The notes under the pieces were generated by a model that was not told where the DNA came from, ran no database searches, and saw only the letters and a program-made list of their open reading frames with translations. DNA of 32,000 nt from Candidatus Thalassarchaeaceae archaeon. Lineage in GTDB: Archaea > Thermoplasmatota > Poseidoniia > Poseidoniales > Thalassarchaeaceae. Below, one piece after another: positions 31,482 to 32,000 of this stretch. Each line of letters starts with the position of its first letter. Positions within the stretch are counted from its first letter, which is position 1. The position numbers were made by a program, and so were the translations under genes. The DNA is taken from assembly GCA_045568075.1 (NCBI GenBank), contig JBJLBP010000001.1, forward strand, positions 1,350,001 through 1,382,000, written 5' to 3'.

Positions 31482-32000
31482 TCATGCAGCTGTGACAGGG
31501 TCACCGCCTCCATCCTCATCCCACCAAGCGGACTCTCCTAAATCGGCATCCATGATTTCATTATCCTCGGATTTGTTCTCTAGAACCTTATTGCACTCAT
31601 CAGGATCGATGAAGAAGAGGAAAACCACTGTAATCATAGTTAGAGCAGCCCCCACATAGATGGCAGTTGAGTAGTTATTATTGAAAAGATCCAGCATTGT
31701 TCCTGTGAATGTGTAGGCCATTACAGCAGATAGGTTGAACATTGACATATAGGCTGTAAATTGTGTACCTCCAACCTTACTCCAAGTCATCTTCATCGCC
31801 ACGGCAATTACACAAATCCAAGCAACTCCGTTAATCAGACCTCGGATTATCAAGTAAGTTGTCATGATTGCAGTATTGGTCCAGTATGGCTGTAGAACTG
31901 CCAACAGAGCGTTTGCAGCGGCGAGACAGGTGAATCCAATCATAGCCACCTTCCTGACTCCGTACCTATCTCCTAGCATACCACCGGAGATTTGGCCAAG
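31482..32000 (-). CDS. MFS transporter, C-terminal half (5' end beyond window)
   Basis: The reading frame stays open to position 32000 (LGQISGG precedes the track's Met). GGMLGDRYGVRKV is the MFS loop motif G-x3-D-R-x-G-R-[RK]. It is followed by about 4 TM helices and an acidic tail. Confidence 0.7.
   Translation of the reverse strand, partial: LGQISGGMLGDRYGVRKVAMIGFTCLAAANALLAVLQPYWTNTAIMTTYLIIRGLINGVAWICVIAVAMKMTWSKVGGTQFTAYMSMFNLSAVMAYTFTGTMLDLFNNNYSTAIYVGAALTMITVVFLFFIDPDECNKVLENKSEDNEIMDADLGESAWWDEDGGGDPVTAA

Noticed and set aside
1-32000. A genomic island, mobile element or defence system
   Set aside because: There is no integrase, transposase, recombinase, tRNA-flanked boundary, terminal inverted repeat, restriction-modification, toxin-antitoxin or nuclease-helicase type gene. 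Content is housekeeping genes plus surface proteins. The only compositional anomaly (low GC3 in the first ~1.7 kb) covers nadE and a SpoU methylase, which are not accessory genes.

Overview
Gene-dense chromosomal core segment of an archaeon, with about 29 protein-coding genes by my boundaries. The archaeal assignment rests on a TATA-binding protein, mevalonate kinase, archaeal-length IleRS and CysRS, a SepF-like protein, and A/T-rich TATA-like boxes about 25-27 nt upstream of several start codons (leaderless-style promoters). A marine planktonic euryarchaeote (Marine Group II/III-like) is plausible from the many acidic, membrane-anchored or lipobox-bearing surface proteins, but that is inference only. 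I found no rRNA, tRNA, CRISPR array, transposase, integrase or obvious defence genes.

Gene content:
- Housekeeping: nadE, ileS, cysS, mvk, tbp, nth, a PolX-PHP polymerase, bcp, a membrane pyrophosphatase, a NifU-like protein and a glutaredoxin-like protein.
- Exported proteins: a BNR beta-propeller lipoprotein, an LTD-amidohydrolase fusion, a 1181-aa PKD/CARDB protein and a 320-aa lipoprotein.
- A same-strand cluster: membrane Fe-S (HdrD/NarI-like) oxidoreductase, a 4-TM protein, two tandem C26 gamma-glutamyl hydrolase paralogs, then cysS.

Most interesting observations:
1. Four unrelated membrane proteins all end in Glu-Glu-Glu-stop.
2. TBP carries a ~53-aa charged insertion inside its second repeat.
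3. An unassigned domain (P-x-W-x-[VI]-G-D-x-W-x-Y ... F-P-[LV]-S-x-G-[QE]-S-W) is shared by two exported proteins.
4. A palindromic 12-mer, GACCGCAGGTCG, lies just upstream of both ileS and the pyrophosphatase gene. At ileS it sits in an unusual C-rich, G-tract-forming spacer.
5. Codon usage breaks inside the HMA-DUF4396 fusion gene.

No single locus is an obvious new multi-gene system. All homology calls are by-eye motif recognition, with no database search or structure prediction.
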